Below are positions 39,179 to 49,082 of a DNA stretch of 64,000 bases, one piece after another. The notes below the pieces were generated by a model. It had not been told where the DNA came from. It ran no database searches and was given only the letters and a program-made list of their open reading frames with translations. The DNA comes from Spirochaetia bacterium. GTDB taxonomy: Bacteria; Spirochaetota; Spirochaetia; UBA9216. The first letter of the stretch is position 1; each line of letters opens with the position of its first letter. The position numbers and the translations under genes are program-made. The stretch covers positions 1,152,001 to 1,216,000 of the forward strand of contig OY776510.1 in NCBI GenBank assembly GCA_963675665.1, in the 5' to 3' direction.

Positions 39179-40466
39179 GCGGTTCTTCAGCCTGTTTTCC
39201 GGAAGTTTTGTTTTTGCTTTTCCTCAATTCTTTTGTGTTTAAAAGAATAATTGAGACTATCCGGTTTTTCTCGGTTTCTTCGATTTCGAGACAGTAATGT
39301 CCAATTGAGAGCTTATCTCCTTTTACCGGAATTCGATCAAGTTCTTCAACTATATATCCGGCAATTGTCTCGGCGTATTCAGTTACGGGCATCTCGATAT
39401 CGAAAGTGTCCGTAAACTGGTGAAGGGAAGTGTCTCCCATGACACGCCAGCTGTTATCACCGGTTTTCTGAATTCTTTCTATCCCGTTGTCTTCGTTTTC
39501 ATCGTAGAGCTCGCCGAGAATTTCCTCGATTATATCCTCTCGCGTGACGAGTCCCGCAAGCCCTCCATATTCGTCCAGAATTATCGAGATGTTCAGCATC
39601 TCCTGTTTCAGAAGATAAAAAAGTTCATGAAGTTTGCGGGTAGCCGGAATGAATATCGGTTCATGCATTATATCGGCAAGTCTTAAATTCCCTTCGCCCT
39701 TTAAAAGACAGGCTGTGACGTCGTTCGACAGTACGATTCCGGTGATATTTTCCGGTTCCCGCTCATAAACAGGAATACGTGAAAATCCGCTTGCGCTGAT
39801 GTCCGCGGCTGCCTCTTCAATAGACCGGTTTTTATCCAGACTGAAAACATCAGTTCTGTGAGTCATTATAGCCTGTACCGAAACATCGTTGAGCCGGAAC
39901 ACGCTTTTTACCATTTCGGATTCATAGTTTTCTACAACACCTTCTTCTTCGGCGGCATGCATCATATGCAGCAGCGCCTCGAATGAAATGGTTGTCTTGT
40001 CTTTTGGAATGATAAAACGTGTGATGAGCGAGCTTAATCCGCTTATCAGGAAAATAACAGGCCGAAGAATTGTTGACAGTACCCAGACCGGCCATGCGGA
40101 AATGAGACTGAATCGCACGTTCCAGGCTATCGCGATGCGTTTCGGAGTAAGCTCGGAGAATATCAGGATGATCAGGGTAAGAATGCCCGTCATTGCCCCG
40201 ATAAGCCTGGAGCCGAACAGCTGAATCGTCAGGTTTGTTGCTATTGCTGAAGCCGCAATATTGACCAGGTTGTTTCCCAGCAGGATTGTGGTCAGAAGCC
40301 TGTCCGGGTTTTCAGCCAGCTGTTTGACAAGTCTTCCCCTTCTGCCGTGTTCGCGGCCGATCTGTCTTATCTGGATAGAGGATAATGAAGTGTAGGCAGT
40401 CTCTGTGGCTGAAAAAAAGCCTGAAAGAATCAGCATAACTACCAATCCCGTAAACTGGGTAATCAT
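39168..40466 (-). CDS. HlyC/CorC (CNNM) family transporter: DUF21 + CBS pair + CorC domain
   Basis: SGFFSATETA, LLGNNLVNI, SELTPK, IMTHRTD, GFSRIPVY, DEYGGLAGLVTREDIIEEILGE. Confidence 0.93.
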   Translation of the reverse strand: MITQFTGLVVMLILSGFFSATETAYTSLSSIQIRQIGREHGRRGRLVKQLAENPDRLLTTILLGNNLVNIAASAIATNLTIQLFGSRLIGAMTGILTLIILIFSELTPKRIAIAWNVRFSLISAWPVWVLSTILRPVIFLISGLSSLITRFIIPKDKTTISFEALLHMMHAAEEEGVVENYESEMVKSVFRLNDVSVQAIMTHRTDVFSLDKNRSIEEAAADISASGFSRIPVYEREPENITGIVLSNDVTACLLKGEGNLRLADIMHEPIFIPATRKLHELFYLLKQEMLNISIILDEYGGLAGLVTREDIIEEILGELYDENEDNGIERIQKTGDNSWRVMGDTSLHQFTDTFDIEMPVTEYAETIAGYIVEELDRIPVKGDKLSIGHYCLEIEETEKNRIVSIILLNTKELRKSKNKTSGKQAEEPPKA

Positions 40467-40546
40467 AAGTCTTTACTCTCCGCCGGGATGCTGGTGCTGT
40501 ATATTACAAAAGAGAAATAAGGTTCAGGGTAAGGGTCGTCATCCAT
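40463..40546 (-). CDS. Putative 27-aa leader peptide MDDDPYPEPYFSFVIYSTSIPAESKDL
   Basis: Read by hand; its TGA overlaps the transporter ATG (ATGA); preceded by TTGATT-N18-TAATCT; N-terminus resembles MgtL. Confidence 0.5.
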   Translation of the reverse strand: MDDDPYPEPYFSFVIYSTSIPAESKDL

Positions 40547-40670
40547 AACTACTTTGAGATTACAGGATCTGAAGGATTAAAATCAAGTAGGGAAAAACTA
40601 ATGCCGGTTTTCATTGTGTTTATTCTGAATATCAATTCAAATTGTTGCAGAAAGATGATAAAGTAAAATT

Positions 40671-41327
40671 ATGAAAAATATTTTATGTTTCGGCGATTCG
40701 AATACCTGGGGTTTTGACGGGGAAACCGGCGAGAGGTTTCCATTCGAGCAGCGGTGGACCAGTATTGTTCAGAACAGTCTTGGCGCCGGTTATAATATTA
40801 TTCCGGAAGGATTAAACGGCAGGACGACAGTCTGGGAAGACCCGTTCGGTCCATGCAGAAATGGTGCGGAAGCGTTGCCCTACTGCCTGCTTTCGCACGC
40901 GCCGCTGGATCTGGTTGTTATTATGCTGGGCACGAACGATTCCAAGAACTTTTATCACAATACTCCTTTTTCAATAGGCAAGGGGATAAGAAGGCTGGTT
41001 GAAATCATACAGGCCTCCGATTCAGGCCGCGGCGGCAGCGCCCCTCCTGTGCTGCTGGTAAGTCCTGCTCATGTCGGCGCCGGAAATCCGGATACCGCCG
41101 CTTTTGACATCCGCGAGTTCATGAATATCGATGGGCATGATCCGGTAATCGTTTCAAAAGGGCTGGCTTCGGAATATCAGAAAAAGGCGGAAGAATTCGG
41201 CTGCGATTTTCTGGATGCGGCAAATGTTGCCGTTGTCGGCGCTGCAGACGGAGTTCATCTGGGTGCTGCCGGCCATAAAAAACTGGCTGAATCAATTGCG
41301 GCAAAAATCAGACAGATGGAGATATAA
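40671..41327 (+). CDS. SGNH/GDSL hydrolase
   Basis: ILCFGDSNTWG, EGLNGRTT, MLGTND, DGVH. Confidence 0.92.
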   Translation: MKNILCFGDSNTWGFDGETGERFPFEQRWTSIVQNSLGAGYNIIPEGLNGRTTVWEDPFGPCRNGAEALPYCLLSHAPLDLVVIMLGTNDSKNFYHNTPFSIGKGIRRLVEIIQASDSGRGGSAPPVLLVSPAHVGAGNPDTAAFDIREFMNIDGHDPVIVSKGLASEYQKKAEEFGCDFLDAANVAVVGAADGVHLGAAGHKKLAESIAAKIRQMEI

Positions 41328-41331
41328 AATA

Positions 41332-42123
41332 ATGAATCGGTTAAAACAAGGCATATTTGCATGTTTTATATTGTTTTTGGTTTCAGCGGCATCAATTCAG
41401 GCGCTGGATTTAACTATAATCGGGCCTCCCGGTTCCCTGCTGACCATGGAAGACGGAAGAACGGCGAAGCTTGATCAGGCCGGAAATTATATAGTGCATG
41501 ATCTGAATCCGGGAGATCTTGTAGTTTTTTCTACCGACATCCCGGGATACTACCCGGGCGATTACGCTGTCGAGATCGGCGAGCTGTCGAAGACATACAG
41601 AATTGCGCCTGATCCCACCGGGATAGCAGCAATCGAGCTGAAGCTGACCGATTCCGGGTTTTGTCCGGCTCTCGGAACAGAGCTGTACTTTAAGCCTGAA
41701 AATTCCTATATTTCCATTGATCTGTATCAGTCCTTTATTGCGCTGTCTCCGCTTTTTACCGGAACGCCGGAGGATTTAAGCACCAGATACGTAATGCCGA
41801 TGTTGGGCGCCGGGTTTTACATACTACCGTTTGATTCGCTTGTCAGAATCAACCTCGGCGCATCAGTCGGCGGCGTTTTCGGGAGCGAATTACCGCACCC
41901 CCTCTTTGCCGCGGAGGCTTCTGCGGGAATCGAGTTCAAATTCCTTGATCATTATATTCTTTTTGCGGAAATCAATCCGAGGCTGCTGATGCCGATCAGC
42001 GGAGGCTGGGACGATTATACCGATATCTTCGGCAGTTCGAGGGCCGCCTATATGAATGCTCTCGGCAGTTGGCGGATGTTCGGCTTTCCGTCAACCTGGT
42101 TCGGATTCAAGTACAAGTATTAG
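41332..42123 (+). CDS. Secreted protein, probable small outer-membrane beta-barrel with N-terminal beta-sandwich
   Basis: Signal peptide MNRLKQGIFACFILFLVSAASIQA; alternating strands (LGAGFY, SAGIEFKF); C-terminal WFGFKYKY beta-signal. Confidence 0.65.
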   Translation: MNRLKQGIFACFILFLVSAASIQALDLTIIGPPGSLLTMEDGRTAKLDQAGNYIVHDLNPGDLVVFSTDIPGYYPGDYAVEIGELSKTYRIAPDPTGIAAIELKLTDSGFCPALGTELYFKPENSYISIDLYQSFIALSPLFTGTPEDLSTRYVMPMLGAGFYILPFDSLVRINLGASVGGVFGSELPHPLFAAEASAGIEFKFLDHYILFAEINPRLLMPISGGWDDYTDIFGSSRAAYMNALGSWRMFGFPSTWFGFKYKY

Positions 42124-42242
42124 AGGCTGTATTGCAGGAAAGAATTAAAATTACTGCTGATTTGGTTTGCCGATAAGCTGTTTTTTTATTATATTTTTTT
42201 CACATCACACAAATTTTTATTACCTTAGGGAGAGGCTGAACC

Positions 42243-44114
42243 ATGTCCAAAAAGAAGTTTAAGACGGAAATATCACAGCTGCTGGACCTGATTATTCACT
42301 CGCTGTATTCACATAAAGAAATCTTTCTGCGAGAACTTGTTTCCAACTCGTCGGATGCGCTTGATAAGCTGAAATATCTTACGCTTACCGATGACGAGTT
42401 TAAAAAACTGGATTTTGATCCGCGTATAGATATTACTTTTGACGCCGATGCGAAAATGCTGACGGTTTCGGATAACGGAATCGGAATGAGCGCAGAGGAC
42501 CTCGATTCAAATCTGGGTACAATTGCGCGTTCGGGAACGAAGAATTTTCTTAACCAGCTTTCAGGCGACGCAGTAAAAGACTCCAACCTGATCGGGCAGT
42601 TCGGGGTAGGGTTTTATTCAAGCTTTATGGTTGCCGATAAGGTCACGGTCATTACCAGAAAGGCCGGAGAAGATCAGGCCTGGAAGTGGCAGAGCGACGG
42701 TAGAAGCAACTACAGTGTTGACGAAGCAGAGCGGGAAAAGCAGGGCACAACAGTACAGCTTCATCTGAACGATAACGGATCCGAGTACACAAACCGGTGG
42801 AGCATAGAGCAGCTTGTCAAGAAATATTCCAATCATATTGCATTCCCGATTTTTCTCGAGTTTGACGATACCAGGTGGGAAGGCGAGGGCGATGATCGGA
42901 AAGAAATCAAGGAACACAAGATTGAGCAGATAAACAGCGCGTCGGCACTTTGGAAGAAATCCAAATCGGAGCTTACCGATGAAGATTATAATGAATTTTA
43001 CAAGACGATAGGTCATGATTCCGATGAACCGCTTCTTTACCTGCATACAAAGGCAGAGGGAACGCAGGAATATACAACGCTCTTTTATGTTCCGAAAAAA
43101 GCACCGTTCGATATGTACCAGGCAGATTACAGGCCGGGTGTTAAACTCTATATCAAACGGGTATTTATTACGGATGACGAAAAGGAGCTGATGCCGGTTT
43201 ACCTGCGCTTCCTGCGCGGCGTAATCGACTCCGAAGATTTACCGCTGAACGTCAGCCGTGAAATCCTGCAGCAGAACAGGGTACTCGAAGCAATCAAGAG
43301 CTCTTCCGTTAAAAAGGTGCTTGGGGAGTTTCAGAAAATATCCGAAAACAATCCTGAAAAGTACAAAGAATTCATCGAACAGTATAACCGCCCGCTCAAA
43401 GAGGGTGTTTATTCCGATTTTTCCAACCGCGAGACCCTGCTTGAACTCATCCGCTATAAATCAACCGAAGAAGAGGGCTGGACAAGCCTTGCCGCCTATA
43501 AAGAGCGTATGAAGGATGATCAAAAGGCTATTTATTTCATTACCGGAGACAATGAAGCTACGCTCCGAAACTCTCCGCTGCTTGAGGCATATAAGAAGAA
43601 GGGGATTGAGGTCCTGATTATGGATGACGAGATAGACGAGATAGTCGCCCCTTCGATCATGAACTACAAGGAAACTGAGTTGAAAGCGGTCAACAGAAGC
43701 GGCTCCGCCGACGATCTCAAGACCGATGAGGACAAGGAAAAAGAGAAGGACCTTGAACCGATCCTGAAGAAGATCAAGGATGTGCTCGGCGACAAGGTCA
43801 AGGACGTAAAAGCGTCGTCACGCCTGTCTGATTCGCCGTCATGTATTGTTGCCGATGAAAATGATCCTACCATGCAGATGCAGCAGATGATGCGTGCAAT
43901 GGGACAGACCGATATTCCCGAGATTGTTCCTATTCTTGAGATAAACCCGGATCATGTAATTGTTGAAAAGCTGAAAAATACCGGCGACGATGCGGTTTTT
44001 GAGGATGTCAGCTTCCTGCTGTTTGAACAGGCCATGCTTGTTGAAGGCCAGCAGCTGAAAGAGCCGGCCGAGTTCGTTAAAAGGCTCAACAGGGTAATGG
44101 AGAACGCTGTATAG
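42243..44114 (+). CDS. htpG: Molecular chaperone HtpG (Hsp90)
   Basis: YSHKEIFLRELVSNSSDA, DNGIGM, IGQFGVGFYS, DLPLNVSRE. Confidence 0.98.
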   Translation: MSKKKFKTEISQLLDLIIHSLYSHKEIFLRELVSNSSDALDKLKYLTLTDDEFKKLDFDPRIDITFDADAKMLTVSDNGIGMSAEDLDSNLGTIARSGTKNFLNQLSGDAVKDSNLIGQFGVGFYSSFMVADKVTVITRKAGEDQAWKWQSDGRSNYSVDEAEREKQGTTVQLHLNDNGSEYTNRWSIEQLVKKYSNHIAFPIFLEFDDTRWEGEGDDRKEIKEHKIEQINSASALWKKSKSELTDEDYNEFYKTIGHDSDEPLLYLHTKAEGTQEYTTLFYVPKKAPFDMYQADYRPGVKLYIKRVFITDDEKELMPVYLRFLRGVIDSEDLPLNVSREILQQNRVLEAIKSSSVKKVLGEFQKISENNPEKYKEFIEQYNRPLKEGVYSDFSNRETLLELIRYKSTEEEGWTSLAAYKERMKDDQKAIYFITGDNEATLRNSPLLEAYKKKGIEVLIMDDEIDEIVAPSIMNYKETELKAVNRSGSADDLKTDEDKEKEKDLEPILKKIKDVLGDKVKDVKASSRLSDSPSCIVADENDPTMQMQQMMRAMGQTDIPEIVPILEINPDHVIVEKLKNTGDDAVFEDVSFLLFEQAMLVEGQQLKEPAEFVKRLNRVMENAV

Positions 44115-44163
44115 ATGTAATCTTCGTACTGCATACTGCCGGATTTTTCCGGTTTCATATAAC

Positions 44164-44193
44164 GGGCAGCCTCATCCGGGGCTGCTTTTTTTT
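44164..44193 (+). terminator. Intrinsic terminator after htpG (between convergent htpG and putP)
   Basis: GCAGCCTC-ATCC-GGGGCTGC followed by a long T run. Confidence 0.8.
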
Positions 44194-44213
44194 AGTGCAG
44201 CCGTATAATGGCG

Positions 44214-45680
44214 TCAGCCCCTGATTTCAGTCTGTACTTCATCAAAAACTTTATCCATCTCCGCGTCATCCTGTTTAACGACAGCGTTTACGATAACCAT
44301 CACTATAAAGTTGGCGATAAAACCGGGGACAATTTCGTACATTGCCGATCCCAGGCCGACTTGTTTCCATAATACGCAGACAACGGCACCCGTGACCATG
44401 CCGAACAGGGCCGATTTCCAGCCGGTCTTCTTCGAGAAAAGCGCCATCAGGATTACCGGGCCGAAAGCGGCGCCGAATCCGCCCCATGCGTAGGAAACAA
44501 GCCCGAGGATTGTATTGTCCGGTTTCAGCGCAAGAAGCATTGCGATAATAGAGATGATTATTACGCTTATTCGGCCGATCATGATAAGTTCTTTTTCCGA
44601 CGCGTCTTTTTTGATTATTTTCTGGTAAAAATCTTCAGTAAGCGCGGACGACGAGACGAGAAGCTGGGAATCGATGGTGGACATAATCGCCGACAGGATT
44701 GCCGCCAGCAGGATTCCTCCGATCCACGGGTTGAAGATATCGTTGATCATGTAGATAAAGACCTTTTCGGCATCCCCGCCGGGAGCGTCTTTATACATGG
44801 CCGTTCCGATTAAACCGACTAGAATTGCGCCTGCAAGCGAAATAAATACCCAGACCGTTGCGATTACGGTGGAACGGGGGATTTCTTTGATATTTTTTAT
44901 GCTCATAAAGCGAACAAGTATATGCGGCTGGCCGAAATAACCCAGTCCCCAGGCCATTGTTGAAATTATTCCAAGCAGCGCGCCGGCTCCGACCCCGGGA
45001 ATGATGCTTGTGGAAATTCCCTTTGCGATGACAGCGGTGTTTATTCCGCTGAACCCGCCGACTCCCCTGAGGGCGGCAAGCGGTACTATCGCTATCGAGA
45101 TAAACATCAGGGCGCCCTGGAAGAGATCGGTCCAGCAGACCGCCATAAACCCGCCGAGCATTGTGTAAAGAACTATCACCGCGCACCCTATCAGGACGGC
45201 CAGGGTGTAGTTAATTCCGAACATTGCTTCAAACAGTTTGCCGGCCCCGGCCATTCCCGAAGAGGCATAGATCGCAAAAAATATAAGCGTAATTATGGCG
45301 CAGATAATCCGCAGAAGGCCGGTCGGATCTTTGAAACGCGCTTCGAGAAACGACGCCATCGTAAGAGAACCGGTTTTCTCGGTATAAACACGCAGCCTCG
45401 GGGCGACAAGTATCCAGTTTAGAAGGGTTCCTATAAAAAGCCCAATCGCTATCCAGCTCTGGTTGATCCCGTAAAGGAATACAGCGCCGGGCAGTCCCAT
45501 CAGCAGCCAGCCGGACATATCGCTTGCCTGGGCGGACAGGGCCGTAACCCATTTGCCCATTCCGCGGCCGCCGAGCAGGTAGTCTTCAATATTCGATGTT
45601 TTTCTGTAAAAATAAAAACCGACCCCTAAAAGAAAAATCAGATAAATAATAAATGTAATCAGAGTTGCAGTATCAGCCAT
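44214..45680 (-). CDS. putP: Sodium/proline symporter
   Basis: DYLLGGR, ALSAQASDMSGWLLMGLPG, WGLGYFGQPHILVRFM, AWGGFGAAFGP. Confidence 0.95.
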   Translation of the reverse strand: MADTATLITFIIYLIFLLGVGFYFYRKTSNIEDYLLGGRGMGKWVTALSAQASDMSGWLLMGLPGAVFLYGINQSWIAIGLFIGTLLNWILVAPRLRVYTEKTGSLTMASFLEARFKDPTGLLRIICAIITLIFFAIYASSGMAGAGKLFEAMFGINYTLAVLIGCAVIVLYTMLGGFMAVCWTDLFQGALMFISIAIVPLAALRGVGGFSGINTAVIAKGISTSIIPGVGAGALLGIISTMAWGLGYFGQPHILVRFMSIKNIKEIPRSTVIATVWVFISLAGAILVGLIGTAMYKDAPGGDAEKVFIYMINDIFNPWIGGILLAAILSAIMSTIDSQLLVSSSALTEDFYQKIIKKDASEKELIMIGRISVIIISIIAMLLALKPDNTILGLVSYAWGGFGAAFGPVILMALFSKKTGWKSALFGMVTGAVVCVLWKQVGLGSAMYEIVPGFIANFIVMVIVNAVVKQDDAEMDKVFDEVQTEIRG

Positions 45681-45810
45681 ACTTTCTTCCTGTGTTTTTG
45701 ATGTGTAATTTTAAATAGAAACATCGGAATCTGCAAGACAAATTAATTTACTGTCGGAAGAAATTGCGGTCGGCCTTGCAGAAAATTCCACGGTTTTGTA
45801 CTATCATGTC

Positions 45811-46290
45811 ATGGTTAAACTGAACAACCCGTTTATCGGAGTAAAAGATTACTGCTGTTTCGGCTGCGCGCCTGATAACGAACACGGACTCAGGATGGAG
45901 TTCTTTGAGGACGGCGATGAGGTTGTGTCCGTCTGGGATGCGCCGGATTATTTTCAGGGCTATAACTACATTCTCCACGGCGGAGTCCGGGCTACGCTGA
46001 TTGACGAGCTTGCAGCCTGGGTTGTTTTTGTAAAGCTTAAAACAGCCGGCTATACCATCCGTCTTGAGGTGGATTATACCGGCGCCGCTTACACAAACCG
46101 CGGCAAACTGACCCTTCGCGGCAGAATAGCCGGAATGAAGAAAAATATTGCCGTGGTGGATGTGGATCTGTTTAACGAGAATGGTGAGATTGTAACATCA
46201 GGCACCGCCGAATATTTCACTATTCCGGAAAAAATTGCCAGAAAAAAGATGATGTATCCCGGAATCGAGGCTTTTTACCCGGATAAATAG
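45811..46290 (+). CDS. PaaI-family thioesterase (hotdog fold)
   Basis: CFGC, LHGGVRATLIDE; start moved to ATG 45811 on promoter geometry. Confidence 0.88.
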   Translation: MVKLNNPFIGVKDYCCFGCAPDNEHGLRMEFFEDGDEVVSVWDAPDYFQGYNYILHGGVRATLIDELAAWVVFVKLKTAGYTIRLEVDYTGAAYTNRGKLTLRGRIAGMKKNIAVVDVDLFNENGEIVTSGTAEYFTIPEKIARKKMMYPGIEAFYPDK

Positions 46291-46354
46291 AAAACCGCTG
46301 GTTTTTTTGCGTATAACCCCACTATGTATAGGACTTATCACGCAATTCATGCAT

Positions 46355-47386
46355 TTAACTCCTGATCCCGGTTATTATTCTGCAGATTTCATCGACATCG
46401 TTCCGGCTTATACCCAGGTTTGTAACGAGTCTTACCTTCTCCGGGCCGTCGGCACCGCCCAGAATTCCCTGTCCGGCAAGTTTTTCAACGATTTCTCCGG
46501 ATTTGCCTTTTTCAGTTTTAAAGTAAATGATGTTCGTTTCAACATCTGCCGGATCGATATCGGCCCAGCTGCATTCAGCCAGTGCTGCCGCTATCCGGAA
46601 TGCTCCGGCATGGTCGTCCGCCAGCCTTTCAACATTGTTTTCAAGCGCGTATATTCCTGCGGCGGCAAGCACACCGGCCTGTCTCATTCCGCCTCCGAGC
46701 ATTTTTCGTATTCTCCGCGCTTCAGCAATGAATTCGTTCGTACCGCAGAGACAGCTGCCGACGGGAGCTCCCAGCCCCTTCGACAGGCAGAAGGTGACCG
46801 AGTCGGCGTATGACGAAATCTCCGAAACGCTCATCCCGGAAGCAAGTGCAGCATTGAACAGACGTGCTCCGTCAATGTGAAGCGATATCCCGCGGCTTCG
46901 GGCAAATTCCGATATGTCTTTCAATTCCTCTTTCCGGTAAAAGACCCCGGCAATAGTGTTTTCTATCTCGATCATTCCCGATCTGCAGGAGTCATAGTGA
47001 CTTCCGTTGTTCTGGTCAGGTCTTATAGAATCTTCAAGAACATCCGAAGAGATTTTGCCCCGGCTGCCTTCAAGTCCGATTAAAGCGGCTCCTGCAAGTG
47101 CCGATCCTGACGACAGTTCGTGATGAATGATATGACTGTCTTTGTGACAGAGCACTTCACGTCCCCGGCCGGCATGGATGAATATTGAAATCAGGTTGCC
47201 CATGGATCCTGAAGAAACAAACAGGGCCGCTTCTTTAGCCGTCAGTTTTGCGGCAAGTTTCTGAAGCCGGTTGACGGTCGGGTCTTCACTGTATACATCA
47301 TCGCCGACCTCGGCTCGCATAATGGCTTTACGCATTGCGTCGGTCGGTTTTGTAATCGTATCGCTTCGCAAATCAAAGGTTTTCAT
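46355..47386 (-). CDS. ltaE: Low-specificity L-threonine aldolase
   Basis: DLRSDTIT, VGDDVY..DPTV, HIDGARLFNA, CLSKGLGAPVGS, GGGMRQAG. Confidence 0.95.
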   Translation of the reverse strand: MKTFDLRSDTITKPTDAMRKAIMRAEVGDDVYSEDPTVNRLQKLAAKLTAKEAALFVSSGSMGNLISIFIHAGRGREVLCHKDSHIIHHELSSGSALAGAALIGLEGSRGKISSDVLEDSIRPDQNNGSHYDSCRSGMIEIENTIAGVFYRKEELKDISEFARSRGISLHIDGARLFNAALASGMSVSEISSYADSVTFCLSKGLGAPVGSCLCGTNEFIAEARRIRKMLGGGMRQAGVLAAAGIYALENNVERLADDHAGAFRIAAALAECSWADIDPADVETNIIYFKTEKGKSGEIVEKLAGQGILGGADGPEKVRLVTNLGISRNDVDEICRIITGIRS

Positions 47387-47492
47387 GAATCGATTTTAAC
47401 CCGAATACGTATTGATGTCAGCAAAAAGCCGGATAATTGCATTTGAGTCTTGGACATATTATAGTTTATATTTGGTATGACGGAGGGAATTA

Positions 47493-49082
47493 ATGCCGGA
47501 AAGCTCTATCCATGAGGCATTCATGGAAGAAAGCAATGAAATTCTTGAAGATTTTGAAAAGGCTGTTCTCGAGCTTGAATCCGACCCGGGAAATAATGAA
47601 CTGCTTAATCGCGCTTTTCGCGATCTGCATACTCTTAAGGGTTCTGCAGGAATGTTGGGGCTGGAGCTGCTGGAGAATTTTGCCCATGAGGCTGAAAACG
47701 TATTTTCCGAAATCCGTTCAGGCAGGTCGGAAATAACTTCGGAGATTATTCAATGGAGCCTTGATGCAGTAGATATTCTTCACCGGCTTGTCAATGACGC
47801 TTTCTCGGACACCGGCGCGGGAAAGGAACTTCAGGCTGATATGGAAGAACTTATCAGTGAAGCGGAACTGGATATAGAAGAGCAGAAAACTGCAAGCAGG
47901 ACCGTTGAACTGCGTCAGGGTAAAAGGGGTGTTCGCAGTATAAAGGTCAAAACCGAACGTCTGGAAGATCTGCTTAAACTTGTCGGGGAAATGGTTGCTC
48001 TGCAGCTTAATCTGGCCCATCTTTCAAAGCAGAAAGAAGATGATGAGTTTACCGGTTTGAGCGACAGGATGGAGAGGGTTTTAAGAGATCTGAGGATTCT
48101 GTCCAACGAACTTCATATGACGCCTATAGGAGATCTTTTCTCAACCTACAGGCGTTCGATACGCGACATCGCTTCAAAGTCAGGAAAGAAGGTTAATCTT
48201 GTAACAAGTGGAGAGGGCACTGAATTCGACCGCAGCATCTATGAAGGCCTGTCTGAATCGCTGCTGCATCTTATACGTAATGCCGTCGACCACGGAATAG
48301 AACCGGCAGACGACAGAATAACAAAAGGGAAGAGCCCCGAAGGCGAGATTCTTCTTGAGGCATTTTACAGTGGTCTAAACGGGGTAATCCGTATTAAGGA
48401 CGACGGGAAGGGGATTGATCCGGGAGCAATACGCAACAGGGCATTATCAAACGGGCTTATTGCCGAAGATGATAATTTATCCAGGGAAGAAATATTCGAA
48501 TTACTTTATCATCCGGGATTTTCAACGGCTGAAAAAGTAAGTTCAGTTTCAGGCCGGGGCGTAGGAATGGATGCCGTCAGAAGAAGAATCCAGGCCCTGC
48601 ATGGGAAAATAAACATTGATTCGATAAAAGGGGAAGGCACCGAAATTACAATAACGCTTCCCCTTTCAATTTCTTCCACTGACAGCATGCTTGTTCTTGT
48701 AGATAATACCAATTATCTGATACCGCTCGGCTATGTTCAGGAATGTATCAGTATTGAAAGAGAAAATTGCGGGCGTGCAATGATACGGTACAGGGATCGG
48801 ATGATCAGCAGTATTGCCCTGAAAGATTTTTTTGGAGACGGCAGCCCTTCGGAAAATGCCGGCAAAGAAGCCGTTATCGTTCGGAATGAAAGTACGGAAG
48901 CGGCCCTTGTCGTTGACGAGATAAAGGGAATTTATGCGTCGGTAATCAAGCCTCTTCCTGATATGTTTAAGGAGGTGAGGTACCTGTCGGGGTCTGCACT
49001 CCTCGGAGACGGGAGTACAGCCTTTGTTCTGGAAATTCTTAATTTAATCAGTGAAGCTGAAACATCAGACCGCTGCCGTTGA
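47493..49082 (+). CDS. cheA: CheA-like histidine kinase (HPt-dimerisation-HATPase-CheW, no P2)
   Basis: FRDLHTLKGSAG, HLIRNAVDHGIE, DDGKGID, PGFSTAEKVSSVSGRGVGMD, C-terminal CheW domain. Confidence 0.9.
   Translation: MPESSIHEAFMEESNEILEDFEKAVLELESDPGNNELLNRAFRDLHTLKGSAGMLGLELLENFAHEAENVFSEIRSGRSEITSEIIQWSLDAVDILHRLVNDAFSDTGAGKELQADMEELISEAELDIEEQKTASRTVELRQGKRGVRSIKVKTERLEDLLKLVGEMVALQLNLAHLSKQKEDDEFTGLSDRMERVLRDLRILSNELHMTPIGDLFSTYRRSIRDIASKSGKKVNLVTSGEGTEFDRSIYEGLSESLLHLIRNAVDHGIEPADDRITKGKSPEGEILLEAFYSGLNGVIRIKDDGKGIDPGAIRNRALSNGLIAEDDNLSREEIFELLYHPGFSTAEKVSSVSGRGVGMDAVRRRIQALHGKINIDSIKGEGTEITITLPLSISSTDSMLVLVDNTNYLIPLGYVQECISIERENCGRAMIRYRDRMISSIALKDFFGDGSPSENAGKEAVIVRNESTEAALVVDEIKGIYASVIKPLPDMFKEVRYLSGSALLGDGSTAFVLEILNLISEAETSDRCR

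Noticed and set aside
42124-42242. CIRCE or sigma28 promoter upstream of htpG
   Set aside because: No TTAGCACTC-N9-GAGTGCTAA; GCCGATAA is present at 42169 but the nearest TAAA is 19 nt away rather than about 15.
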